Assembly (NCBI GenBank): GCA_964435515.1
Contig: CAYSZD010000006.1
Span: forward strand, 1-50,863
Reading direction: 5' to 3'
DNA: 50,863 bases
From: an uncultured Gammaproteobacteria bacterium
Lineage (GTDB): Bacteria > Patescibacteriota > Patescibacteriia > Patescibacteriales > UBA12465
Of the stretch, positions 26,636 to 36,550 are shown in pieces (within the stretch, counting starts at the first letter, position 1; the number at the start of each line of letters is the position of its first letter). Both the position numbers and the translations under genes were made by a program. The notes below the pieces were generated by a model. The model did not search any database. It worked only from the letters and a program-made list of their open reading frames with translations, and had not been told where the DNA came from.

Positions 26636-26708
26636 ACAACTATATTAGTATCTAAAACGCGACCAGCGCTCTGTTTATAGCGTTTAGGTCGCGCTTTAAT
26701 AAAGAACT

Positions 26709-29700
26709 ATGAGTGATCTCGCTTCAATAGAAAATTTAATTAATCCTCAATCTGCCCAAGACGAAGATAGTGTTCAGGGTAAATTTGCCACCAAGCAAGC
26801 TGAGATTAAATTAAAAGAAATTGAAACACAAACAGAAAAAAGGGCAAACAGCTTAGGCTTGTCTTATGTTAATCTTTTTAGCTTTCCTGTTAGTCCTGAC
26901 GCTATTATATTAATACCCGAAGAAAGGGCTATAGAAATACAAGCTGTATGTTTTTTTTATGATGGCAAGAATGTTAGAATTGCTTGTGTCAAGCCAAGTC
27001 AAGAGATTGCTGATGAAATCCAAAGAATTAATGAAGAATATTATACGGACGCTAAACTGTATCTTGTATCACAAAATAGCCTACAACAAGCTTTAAATGT
27101 ATATAAGACACTACCTAAAATTAAAAAATATCAATCAGGAATAGAAATCAATGAACTCAGTCTAGAGAAATTTAAAAAAGATATTTCAAGTTATAAAAAT
27201 CTAGCTGAAATTATTAATGAAGTAAATGTTAGCGACATTGTAACTCTGATTCTAGCCACAGCGATGAAAGTAGGAGCTAGTGATATTCATATAGAAGCAG
27301 AAGAACATGGAGTAGCGGTTAGATTAAGAATTGATGGCGTTTTACAAGAGGCTGCTTTAATCGATAGAGATAAATGGAAAAAAGTAGTCACTAGAATGAA
27401 AATATTAGCTAGAGTAAAAATTAACGTAAGCAATAAGCCACAAGATGGTCGTTATACTATTTATCTCAAAGATGGCAAAATTGATGTTCGCTCATCATTT
27501 CTGCCTACCGCTTTTGGAGAAAGTGTAGTAATGAGACTTTTGGATTCCAAGGCTGTAGCTCTAGATTTTGAAAAATTAGGCATTAGGCCAGAAATATTAA
27601 AAAAGCTAAAAGAAGAAATTAGTAAGCCAAATGGCCTAATACTAACTACCGGTCCAACTGGTTCAGGTAAAACAACTTCTCTATACGCTATTTTAAAAAA
27701 ATTAAACCAACCTGGCACCAAGATTGTCACCCTTGAAGATCCAATTGAATATCAACTAGAAGGCATTAACCAGAGCCAAGTTGAAACTAGTAAAGGATAC
27801 AGTTTCTCGGATGGTTTAAGATCAATTTTAAGACAAGACCCAAATATTATTATGGTTGGCGAAATTAGAGATTTAGAAACTGCCGAAATATCAGTTCAAG
27901 CTTCTCTAACAGGTCATCTAGTGTTATCAACTCTTCATACAAACGATGCAGCTGGAGTTATTCCTCGTCTAATTGACATCGGAGTAAAGCCATATTTTTT
28001 AGTACCCTCTATTAATGCTGTTATAGGTCAAAGACTAATACGAAAATTATGTCCTAAATGTCGTGTTGAACACATACTTAGTGCCGAAGAAGAAGAGCAG
28101 GTACATAAAATTTTAGCCGTTATTTCTCCTCGAGCTAATATTGACATTCCCTCCACTTTACCAAAAATGTATAAAGCTGGCGCTGGCTGTCCCTATTGTA
28201 ACGACATTGGCTACAAGGGACGTCTTGGAATTTATGAAATATTTACCATGGATGATAAGCTCAAACAACTCACTATAGACAAAGCTCCATCATTTAAAAT
28301 ACTTCAACAAGCTATTGAGAATGGAATGATTACCATGCTTCAAGATGGTGTTTTAAAATGTTTAGACGGCATCTCATCATTAGAAGAAGTATATCGAGTA
28401 ATTGGAAATTTTGACTATGTAAATGACTTATACGATATAGTAATTTCTCAAACTATTGGCAGGGGAATAAAAATAACTCCCGAAATATACACTAAAGCCG
28501 AAACTCTTACTCAAAATATTGGACAAAGTTTAAATTTAACAGATTTACCATCAAAAAAATTAATTCAATTAATTATGGGAATGGCCGTGGCTAGTGACGC
28601 GGGTGATATCCATATTGAGCCCACAGAGACTACTGTTAAAGTGCGTTTTCGTATTGATGGAGTTATGCATAATATTTTAGAGCTACCAAAAACTAGCTAT
28701 CTTCCTATATTATCAGAAATAAAAATTTTAGCCGGTTTCGCTACTAATATAAAAAGAGCTACTTTAGATGGTCGCTTTAGCATCTATTTGCCTAATCATA
28801 AAATAGATTGTCGTCTTTCTATTATTTCTGGTGGATACGGAGAAACTATAGTAGTTCGATTATTGTCTAACTCTGCCGCTGATTTAGATTTAGAAAAATT
28901 AGGAATTACCTCAGTTGCAAATACTCAGCTTCACAAAGCTATGACAAAGACTAAGGGAATCATTATTACCACTGGACCAACTGGATCAGGAAAAACCACT
29001 ACTCTATATGCAATTTTAAATCAATTAAATAAATCTGATATTAAAATAATTACAGTAGAAGATCCAATTGAATATCAGCTGCCAGGAGTAATGCAAACCC
29101 AAATAGACACAGAAAATGGCTACACTTTTGCTGCTGCCATGCGCTCATTATTACGACAAAATCCAAACATCATGATGATCGGAGAAATAAGAGACAGTGA
29201 AACAGCTAAAGTTGCCATTGAAGCTGCTATGACAGGCCATTTAGTTTTATCAACTATTCACGCCAATAGCGCCGCTGGAGCTATTTCTCGTTTTGCTGGA
29301 CTAGGTGTAGAGAAATCTTCTCTAGCTAACGCTTTAGAATTTTCAATAGGACAAAGACTAGCCCGCAGAATTTGTCCTCATTGTAAAGTTATAGACGAAT
29401 CTAATCCTGCCTACATTCAAAGAGCTCAAGAAATATTAGATAGTATTAAAAATCCATCAATAATTATTCCTAAAAAATTAGAATTCTATCGTGGCGCCGG
29501 TTGTGACCAGTGTAAAAAACTTGGATATAAAGGCAGAATTGGTTTTTATGAAACTATTAGCTCTACCCCAAATATTCAAAAAATTATTCAAAACGAAAAC
29601 TCTAATGATTATGACTTAGAACAAGAAGCTATTAAAAATGGCACAGTAACAATGGCTCAGGATGCAGTTCTAAAAGCTTTAGCAGGAGAAACTAGTTTAG

Positions 29701-29723
29701 ATGAAGTATTTAGAGTAATATAA
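26709..29723 (+). CDS. GspE/PulE/PilB-family secretion/pilus ATPase with two tandem ATPase modules
   Basis: Two copies each of ASD/GDIHIE, GPTGSGKTT, EDPIEY, GEIRD, HLVLST.H and tetracysteine Zn motifs. Confidence 0.95.
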   Translation: MSDLASIENLINPQSAQDEDSVQGKFATKQAEIKLKEIETQTEKRANSLGLSYVNLFSFPVSPDAIILIPEERAIEIQAVCFFYDGKNVRIACVKPSQEIADEIQRINEEYYTDAKLYLVSQNSLQQALNVYKTLPKIKKYQSGIEINELSLEKFKKDISSYKNLAEIINEVNVSDIVTLILATAMKVGASDIHIEAEEHGVAVRLRIDGVLQEAALIDRDKWKKVVTRMKILARVKINVSNKPQDGRYTIYLKDGKIDVRSSFLPTAFGESVVMRLLDSKAVALDFEKLGIRPEILKKLKEEISKPNGLILTTGPTGSGKTTSLYAILKKLNQPGTKIVTLEDPIEYQLEGINQSQVETSKGYSFSDGLRSILRQDPNIIMVGEIRDLETAEISVQASLTGHLVLSTLHTNDAAGVIPRLIDIGVKPYFLVPSINAVIGQRLIRKLCPKCRVEHILSAEEEEQVHKILAVISPRANIDIPSTLPKMYKAGAGCPYCNDIGYKGRLGIYEIFTMDDKLKQLTIDKAPSFKILQQAIENGMITMLQDGVLKCLDGISSLEEVYRVIGNFDYVNDLYDIVISQTIGRGIKITPEIYTKAETLTQNIGQSLNLTDLPSKKLIQLIMGMAVASDAGDIHIEPTETTVKVRFRIDGVMHNILELPKTSYLPILSEIKILAGFATNIKRATLDGRFSIYLPNHKIDCRLSIISGGYGETIVVRLLSNSAADLDLEKLGITSVANTQLHKAMTKTKGIIITTGPTGSGKTTTLYAILNQLNKSDIKIITVEDPIEYQLPGVMQTQIDTENGYTFAAAMRSLLRQNPNIMMIGEIRDSETAKVAIEAAMTGHLVLSTIHANSAAGAISRFAGLGVEKSSLANALEFSIGQRLARRICPHCKVIDESNPAYIQRAQEILDSIKNPSIIIPKKLEFYRGAGCDQCKKLGYKGRIGFYETISSTPNIQKIIQNENSNDYDLEQEAIKNGTVTMAQDAVLKALAGETSLDEVFRVI

Positions 29724-29740
29724 TAATAATTAATAACAAT

Positions 29741-30316
29741 ATGATTGACAAAGTATTCATAAAAAAATTAAGAGAAGAATATCAATTAAAAGGCAAAACT
29801 AGACGTCAGATTATTAGTCGCTCCAATGATGTATTATTTCAAGCTAAAAAAACAATTTTTGCCCTGCACAGAGAAGACATGAAACTATCAGCAGAAAATT
29901 TCAAATTAATGGAACTATCTTTAAAAAAAATGGAAAAAGATTTTGGCTATCTTCGATTAAAAGAAGAAGGTCCCTATCAAGCTGCAATAGAAGAGTATGT
30001 TGAAGCAAAAACTTTAGATGCTATTATAAGAGAACAAAAGATAAGCACTATTAAAGGATTAAAAATTGGCTATGACAGTTATATTGGTGGGCTCTGTGAT
30101 TTAATTGGCGAAATGGTAAGACTAGCCACTAATCGCTCTGCCAAAGGAGATTATAAAAGTGCTTCTATCTTAAAAAATAAAGCCGAAATGATTATGATGG
30201 AACTATTAGATTTTGACTTAACTGGTTATTTAAGGACTAAATACGACCAAGCTAGAGGACATTTAAGAAAATTGGAACAAATAAGCTATGACATTAAACT
30301 ACATAAAGAAAAATAA
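29741..30316 (+). CDS. Translin/TRAX-family protein
   Basis: All-helical; EEYVEA, YIGGLCDLIGEMVR and LRTKYD match translin-family conserved blocks. Confidence 0.85.
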   Translation: MIDKVFIKKLREEYQLKGKTRRQIISRSNDVLFQAKKTIFALHREDMKLSAENFKLMELSLKKMEKDFGYLRLKEEGPYQAAIEEYVEAKTLDAIIREQKISTIKGLKIGYDSYIGGLCDLIGEMVRLATNRSAKGDYKSASILKNKAEMIMMELLDFDLTGYLRTKYDQARGHLRKLEQISYDIKLHKEK

Positions 30317-30318
30317 TT

Positions 30319-30810
30319 ATGCTTATCGCGATTGCCTCAGACTTGCATGATAATATTGCTAATTGGCACAAATTTAATGAATATTTAAAAAAACAGGCTA
30401 TTAAAATCCTGTTTTTCTGTGGCGATATGTGTAACCAAGACACTTTATCAATTATAAATGAAAGTTTCGTTGGTGATATGTATTTTATTGCCGGCAATGG
30501 AGAATTATATCTTCCAGAAACATTGAATAAATGCGCTAATTTACACTTCCTAGGACGCTATGGCGATATTACTATAGATGGACTCCATTTTGGATTAATA
30601 CACGAAATAGATTATCGCCAAGATTTAGAAAAAAAAGCGCAATCACTAAATTATATCTTTTATGGCCATAGTCATAAACCATGGATAGAAATAGAAAAAA
30701 GATTAATTATCGCTAACCCTGGTACTTTAGGAGGTATTTTCTATCCAGCTAGTTTTGCAATTTTTGACACCATTAATAAAAAAATCGAACTTAAATTATT
30801 ACATCAATAA
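30319..30810 (+). CDS. YfcE/MJ0936-type metallophosphoesterase
   Basis: ASDLHDN, CGD, GNGE, H, YGHSH.P, NPG motifs. Confidence 0.92.
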   Translation: MLIAIASDLHDNIANWHKFNEYLKKQAIKILFFCGDMCNQDTLSIINESFVGDMYFIAGNGELYLPETLNKCANLHFLGRYGDITIDGLHFGLIHEIDYRQDLEKKAQSLNYIFYGHSHKPWIEIEKRLIIANPGTLGGIFYPASFAIFDTINKKIELKLLHQ

Positions 30811-30820
30811 ACTATAAATT

Positions 30821-33292
30821 TTAAAAATATTCTTTAAGATATTTACCCGTGATACTGTTTTTATTTTTTGCCACTGTCACAGGAGTACCAGACGCAACAA
30901 CTCTACCTCCCTTTTCTCCTCCTTCTGGACCCATATCTATCACCCAATCAACCGCTTTAATGACATCTAAATTATGTTCAATAATTAAAACCGTATTTCC
31001 TTGATCAACTAACATATTTAAAACTTTAAGTAATTTATCAATATCGGCAAAATGAAGACCAGTTGTTGGCTCGTCTAAAATATATAAAGTTCGTCCAGTG
31101 GCTCTGCGTGATAATTCGGTTGCCAGTTTTATTCTTTGTGCTTCTCCACCTGAAAAAGTAGTGGCTGATTGACCCAAGGTAATATATCCCAAACCAACCT
31201 CTTCTAAAGTAGCAAGTTTTTGACAGACAGCTGAATGTCCTTGAAAAAAGAGCAAAGCTTCACTAACTGTAAGTTGTAATACTTCGTATATATTTTTATC
31301 TTTATATTTTATATCAAGAATTTTTTGCTGAAAACGAAAACCATGACATGCTTCACAAGTTAAATAAACATCATTTAAAAATTGCATTTCAACCTTAATA
31401 GCACCATCCCCTGCACAACGCTCACAACGTCCACCTGGAACATTAAAAGAAAAATGACCAGGACTTAAGCGTTTTAATTTTGCTTCTGGTAATTCAGCAA
31501 AAATATCACGAATATAGGTATAAAGACCAGTATAAGTGGCTGGATTGGAACGAGGAGTTCGTCCAATTGGCGACTGATTAATGTCTATAACTTTATCAAT
31601 ATTATCTATACCTCTTATCTCTTTATGTTGTCCTACTTCTGCCTTTGCACGGTAGAATTTTTTATTTAAAGCATTCGCTAAAATATCAGACATTAAAGTA
31701 GATTTTCCAGAACCAGAAACACCAGTTATAGCTATTAATTTACCCAAAGGAATATCAACATCAATGTTTTTTAAATTATGATGTTTCGCTCCTATTATTG
31801 ATAAATGTAATTTATTACCTGCCCTAAAATTACTTTTAGTAGGAATTGATAATTTACCAGATAAATACGCTCCCGTAAGAGAAGCTTTAGACTTAACAAT
31901 GTCTTCTGGTAATCCAGAAAAAATAATCTCTCCTCCATGTTCTCCTGCACCAGGACCAACGTCAATTAAATGATCAGCTGCCCTCATCATAGCTGCATCA
32001 TGTTCTACTACAATGACAGTGTTTCCATTATCTCTCAAGTCTTTTAACATTGCTATTAACTTATCATTATCTCTTTGATGCAATCCTACTGATGGTTCAT
32101 CTAAAATATAGAGTACTCCACTTAAAGTAGAGCCAACCTGAGCCGCTAAACGAATACGCTGAGCTTCTCCACCTGACAAACTGGAAGCTGGACGATTAAG
32201 TGTAAGATACGAAAGACCAACTCTTTCTAAAAATTCTAAATTTTTTATCACTTCTTTCAAAATCGGCATAACAATAATTTGATCAGAATCTTTAGAGCGC
32301 ACGTTTAACCATTCCAATAACAATATACGCAAATTATCAATGGTCATTTCCGTAAGATCATAAATGCTTTTTCCTTTAATGCGGATAGCTAAAAATTCAG
32401 GCTTTAAACGAGTCCCCATGCAAACTGGACAAACAGCTAAACGCATACACTTCTCTATTTCTTGTTTAACAAAATTAGATTTTGTTTCTTCATATCTTGC
32501 CATTAAATCAGAGTTTAAACCTTGCCAAAGACGATCGCCATTTAAAATAGCCGCCCTTTGCGCAACGGTAAATTCAGACAAAGGCTTATCTAAACTAAAA
32601 CCAAAACGCAAAGCCAAAGCTTCTAAATTTATAAAAAAACTGCTTTTAGCATTTAAATTAGCATGTGCTAATGGCTTTATTGCTCCTTGTAATAAACTTA
32701 ACTTCAGATTAAACACTAATTCCGGATCAATTTCTGTGCGATAACCTAAGCCATTGCAATGAGAACAGGCTCCATAATTAGAATTAAAAGAAAAATTTCT
32801 TGGCTCTATTTGTGCTAATACAAAACTACAACTAGTACAAGCAAAAGAATATGGAGATTCTTGTTCTTGTTTGTTTTTAGTTCTTTGTTTCTTATTAATT
32901 TTTTTTAAACGAGTTTTACAATGTGGACAATATGGCCAAGCAACACGAGCATATAAAAGCCTAAGATAATCATATATCTCAGTAACAGTTCCAACCGTAG
33001 ACCTTGGATTATTGCCAACTGTGCGTTGATCAATAGCAATAGCAGGAGATAAGCCTTCAATTAAATCAAAATCAGGTTTATCCATTAAACCTACAAATTG
33101 ACGAGCATAGGCAGATAAAGATTCTACATATCGTCTTTGTCCCTCTGCATAAATAGTATCAAAAGCTAAAGAAGATTTACCTGAACCAGACAAACCCGTA
33201 ATTACTACTAGTTTATTACGTGGTAGATCCAGATTAATGTTCTTTAAATTATGAGTTCTAGCCCCTCTAATCCTAATATTATTTTCTGACAT
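30821..33292 (-). CDS. uvrA: UvrA-family ABC ATPase lacking the UvrB-binding domain (class II / UvrA2-like)
   Basis: [46 protein letters not shown]; 823 aa; only ~26 aa between CPHC and CTSC. Confidence 0.9.
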   Translation of the reverse strand: MSENNIRIRGARTHNLKNINLDLPRNKLVVITGLSGSGKSSLAFDTIYAEGQRRYVESLSAYARQFVGLMDKPDFDLIEGLSPAIAIDQRTVGNNPRSTVGTVTEIYDYLRLLYARVAWPYCPHCKTRLKKINKKQRTKNKQEQESPYSFACTSCSFVLAQIEPRNFSFNSNYGACSHCNGLGYRTEIDPELVFNLKLSLLQGAIKPLAHANLNAKSSFFINLEALALRFGFSLDKPLSEFTVAQRAAILNGDRLWQGLNSDLMARYEETKSNFVKQEIEKCMRLAVCPVCMGTRLKPEFLAIRIKGKSIYDLTEMTIDNLRILLLEWLNVRSKDSDQIIVMPILKEVIKNLEFLERVGLSYLTLNRPASSLSGGEAQRIRLAAQVGSTLSGVLYILDEPSVGLHQRDNDKLIAMLKDLRDNGNTVIVVEHDAAMMRAADHLIDVGPGAGEHGGEIIFSGLPEDIVKSKASLTGAYLSGKLSIPTKSNFRAGNKLHLSIIGAKHHNLKNIDVDIPLGKLIAITGVSGSGKSTLMSDILANALNKKFYRAKAEVGQHKEIRGIDNIDKVIDINQSPIGRTPRSNPATYTGLYTYIRDIFAELPEAKLKRLSPGHFSFNVPGGRCERCAGDGAIKVEMQFLNDVYLTCEACHGFRFQQKILDIKYKDKNIYEVLQLTVSEALLFFQGHSAVCQKLATLEEVGLGYITLGQSATTFSGGEAQRIKLATELSRRATGRTLYILDEPTTGLHFADIDKLLKVLNMLVDQGNTVLIIEHNLDVIKAVDWVIDMGPEGGEKGGRVVASGTPVTVAKNKNSITGKYLKEYF

Positions 33293-33384
33293 GATGAGAA
33301 AAATTAATTTTTAAAAGCAGTGTGTATTATACAGGAATTATTCAAAAAAAACAAGAAAGACTTATTCTGATCTAAATTTATATC

Positions 33385-34422
33385 TTAAAAAAAGTTTAAA
33401 AAACGACGTAAAACAAAAGCTAAGATACGATCAAAAAAATGAAGTTTCTCAAAATCCAATAGCTTTTTTTCAGATTGTTCACGCCAATGTTTAAAAATTA
33501 TAGACAGTTTTTCAACTTCTTTTTTTTGCGAGAAAAAAACCCCAATTTCTAAATTTAAGCCAAAAGATAAAACATCTAAATTTTGCGAGCCAACAACAGC
33601 TTCTTGATTATCAATAATCATTGCCTTACCATGATTCATTTCTTTAGAAAAATAAAATTGCACCCCCACCGAAGCCAAGCGACAAGCATTAATATAATTT
33701 ATACGATTTAACATTTTTACATCAGTATTTTCAGGAATGATTATAGAAACCAAAACCCCTCTTTTAACAGCATTATCTAAAGCGGCCAACAGCCATCGAG
33801 GTGGTAATAAATATGGGGTTAAAATATCAATCGAAGTAACTGCATTAGCAATCTTTTTTTGATAATAATTTTTAAAAGAAGACTGTTTATCTGCCCCATC
33901 TAAAGAATCTAAAGTCCACGCTTTAATTTTCTTCACTAAAGTAGCACGAGAAAAATTAATAATAGCCTGATTTTTACCACCACATCTTTCATAACTTTTG
34001 GCAAATGACCTTAATAGTGGCTTCACCACCTTACCTTTTAACTTAATTTGTAAATCATGCCAATTAGATATTTTTTGATAAATATTTACGCCTCCCAAAA
34101 AAGCAATATCCTCATCAATTATAATTAATTTACGATGAGTTCTTTTAAACCAACGAGAAAAGAAAATAAATTCTACCCCAGCCTCTTTTAATCGATCAAC
34201 TGATTCTGCTTTTAAATTACTACTACCATAGGAATCAACAATTACTACCACCCTCAAACCAGCGCGAGCTTTTTTTTCCAGTGTTCCAAGAAAATCATGT
34301 GTTTCGTTGGTATCATCTAAAAAAATATACATTTCAATATAAATGGAAGTCTGAGCTTTTTCTAATTCACGTAAAATACCATCCCAAGCTTTCACTGAAG
34401 TTGTATAAAATTTATAATGCAT
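33385..34422 (-). CDS. Phospholipase D / cardiolipin synthase-like protein (no N-terminal TM anchor)
   Basis: Two HKD motifs: HRKLIIID..AFLGGVN and HGKAMIID..AVVGSQN. Confidence 0.92.
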   Translation of the reverse strand: MHYKFYTTSVKAWDGILRELEKAQTSIYIEMYIFLDDTNETHDFLGTLEKKARAGLRVVVIVDSYGSSNLKAESVDRLKEAGVEFIFFSRWFKRTHRKLIIIDEDIAFLGGVNIYQKISNWHDLQIKLKGKVVKPLLRSFAKSYERCGGKNQAIINFSRATLVKKIKAWTLDSLDGADKQSSFKNYYQKKIANAVTSIDILTPYLLPPRWLLAALDNAVKRGVLVSIIIPENTDVKMLNRINYINACRLASVGVQFYFSKEMNHGKAMIIDNQEAVVGSQNLDVLSFGLNLEIGVFFSQKKEVEKLSIIFKHWREQSEKKLLDFEKLHFFDRILAFVLRRFLNFF

Positions 34423-34431
34423 GAAAAAAAA

Positions 34432-35484
34432 TTATTTTTTATTTTTTATAATCCTATAATACATCTCTTCATATGAATCAGCCATTTTATTTAAAGAAAA
34501 TTTATCTATTATGCTATCAGAACAATTATCTCTATTCAGCTTATCTATTCTTTTAGTAGCCTTAATCATTTGCGCTAAATTATTCACAATATAGCCTGTT
34601 TTACCATCTTGAATTAATTCTTTATTAGAACCAGAATCAAAGGCAATTACTGGTACATTAGAAGCCATAGCTTCTAAAATTGTATTGCTACAAGCCTCAA
34701 AAACTAAATTAGGATGAAGCAAGCAACACGCACCTGCTAATAATTTCTTTTTTTCTTTACCTAAAACTTCACCTAAATATATTATCCTTTTATTATCAAT
34801 AAATGGATACACTTTTTTATCTAAAAAGTCAGAATCAGTGTTAGATATCCTCCCTGCTATAAAAAGAGATTTTTTTAATTTAATAGCTACTTTAATAGCT
34901 ATATCAATACCCTTTTGCGGACTTAAGCGATCTAAATATAATAAATATTCTCCAGCATTTTTATTTCTAATAAAATTATCAACATCAATGCCATTATAAA
35001 TAACTCCCTGCCAATTCAAAAAATTTAATTTTTTCTTAATAGCCAAAGAGTTGCTAACATAATTTAAATTTTTATAATCTTTCAAAAGTTGTAATTCATG
35101 ATCAAAAAATTCACCATAGCGGATAGAGTGTAAGGAAGGAGTCTTAACTAATTCAGCAAATAAAACACTTTTTTGCTCTACGGCACAATGAATAATATCA
35201 AAGTTATCAGCTAGACGAAAAGCGGCCGCTATATTAGCATATTCATGAATCTCTGAATAATCTCCTTGATAATGTTTAGCTCTAACAGAAATTAGCTTTT
35301 GAGCTTTAGTTCTAGAATTGCCACTAGCAAATAGAGTAACATGATGACCCTTATCCACTAAAGCATTAACTAACAGGCCAATTGAAGAACCTGTTCCTCC
35401 TCTGGCATCAGGAGAAGTTTCCTCCCATAACTTAGACACTATCGCTATTTTTAACTTCCTATTTTTCTTTATCATTTTTTTCAT
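34432..35484 (-). CDS. Glycosyltransferase family 4 (GT-B)
   Basis: GHHVTLFASG, IYNGID, RLSPQKG, E.......EAMASNVPVIAF...S.KELI.DG.TG. Confidence 0.92.
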   Translation of the reverse strand: MKKMIKKNRKLKIAIVSKLWEETSPDARGGTGSSIGLLVNALVDKGHHVTLFASGNSRTKAQKLISVRAKHYQGDYSEIHEYANIAAAFRLADNFDIIHCAVEQKSVLFAELVKTPSLHSIRYGEFFDHELQLLKDYKNLNYVSNSLAIKKKLNFLNWQGVIYNGIDVDNFIRNKNAGEYLLYLDRLSPQKGIDIAIKVAIKLKKSLFIAGRISNTDSDFLDKKVYPFIDNKRIIYLGEVLGKEKKKLLAGACCLLHPNLVFEACSNTILEAMASNVPVIAFDSGSNKELIQDGKTGYIVNNLAQMIKATKRIDKLNRDNCSDSIIDKFSLNKMADSYEEMYYRIIKNKK

Positions 35485-36283
35485 TAATTATTTTATAAAT
35501 TTTCCTCATCGCCTTTTTTGTCTGCTTATAACCAATATTAACAGACTCTGCAGAATCTGCGCTTGAAAAAAGATATTTCAGTCCAGCTGAAATAACAAAT
35601 TTTGAAAGATTAATATTAATAACATAGTCGGCTTCCTTACATTTTTCCTGGGCTAAGTGATACATCATAATTCTCCCAGATCTAAACAAATTAGAAGCAG
35701 CATTAAAACTTTGAGCCTTAAATTCACTTTCGTGATACAAATTAACAGCAATCACAATATCTGCTCCTGCTTTACGTAATATATCAACTGGAACAGGGTC
35801 AGACAAAGCGCCATCAGCGAATTGTGTATCTTGATGATTAATTGGCTTAAAAATAAAAGGCATTGAACAACTAGCCTGCACGGCATCAATAATTAAAGAA
35901 TTTTTAAAAATTTTATTATTTCCATTATCTAGATTAGTTGAACTAATAAATAAAGGTATTTTGGTATGTGTAAATTTTTCTAAACCAATAATACCAAAAA
36001 GCGCCTCTACAATTTTTTTCTGATTTATTAAGCCTTTGGTAAAATGAATATCAAATAATTTAAAAAGATTCATCTTTACTACTTTCAACATCTTTTCCTC
36101 GAGTCCTTCAACACTTTTATGCAAGGCATAATATGAAGCAACTACTGACCCAATAGACGAGCCGCTAATAAGGTCTATATCTATCCCCGCTTGTTCGAAG
36201 GCCCGCAAGACACCAATATGAGCAAAGCCCCGAGGACCACCACTTCCTAAAGCTAATCCAATTTTTATTTTTTTCTGATTCAT
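35459..36283 (-). CDS. Patatin-like phospholipase (RssA/NTE type)
   Basis: LGSGGPRGFAHIGV (oxyanion), GSSIG (nucleophile elbow), DGAL (catalytic Asp). Confidence 0.93.
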   Translation of the reverse strand: MNQKKIKIGLALGSGGPRGFAHIGVLRAFEQAGIDIDLISGSSIGSVVASYYALHKSVEGLEEKMLKVVKMNLFKLFDIHFTKGLINQKKIVEALFGIIGLEKFTHTKIPLFISSTNLDNGNNKIFKNSLIIDAVQASCSMPFIFKPINHQDTQFADGALSDPVPVDILRKAGADIVIAVNLYHESEFKAQSFNAASNLFRSGRIMMYHLAQEKCKEADYVININLSKFVISAGLKYLFSSADSAESVNIGYKQTKKAMRKIYKIINEKNDKEK

Positions 36284-36366
36284 AAATTATAAACTACTAT
36301 TTTATTCTATCCTCTTTTGGCTTTTCAGGCAACAAAAAATAGGCTTTATGCCTATTTTTCAATTCG

Positions 36367-36438
36367 TAGTCCCTAGGGGAATCGAACCCCTGTTACCAGG
36401 ATGAAAACCTGGTGTCCTAACCACTAGACGAAGAGACC
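36367..36438 (-). tRNA. tRNA-Glu(TTC)
   Basis: Reverse complement reads GGTCTCT..CCAGG-TTTTCAT-CCTGG..AGGGG-TTCGATT-CCCCT-AGGGACT-A. Confidence 0.96.
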
Positions 36439-36550
36439 GTACACAAAAAAATATGAAATTAATAATAGCTAATTTCATCAACATTGTATAAACATTTTTT
36501 TTCTTTGTCAAATATTGCCTTTATTCTAAAAACCTTTACAATACTTATAT

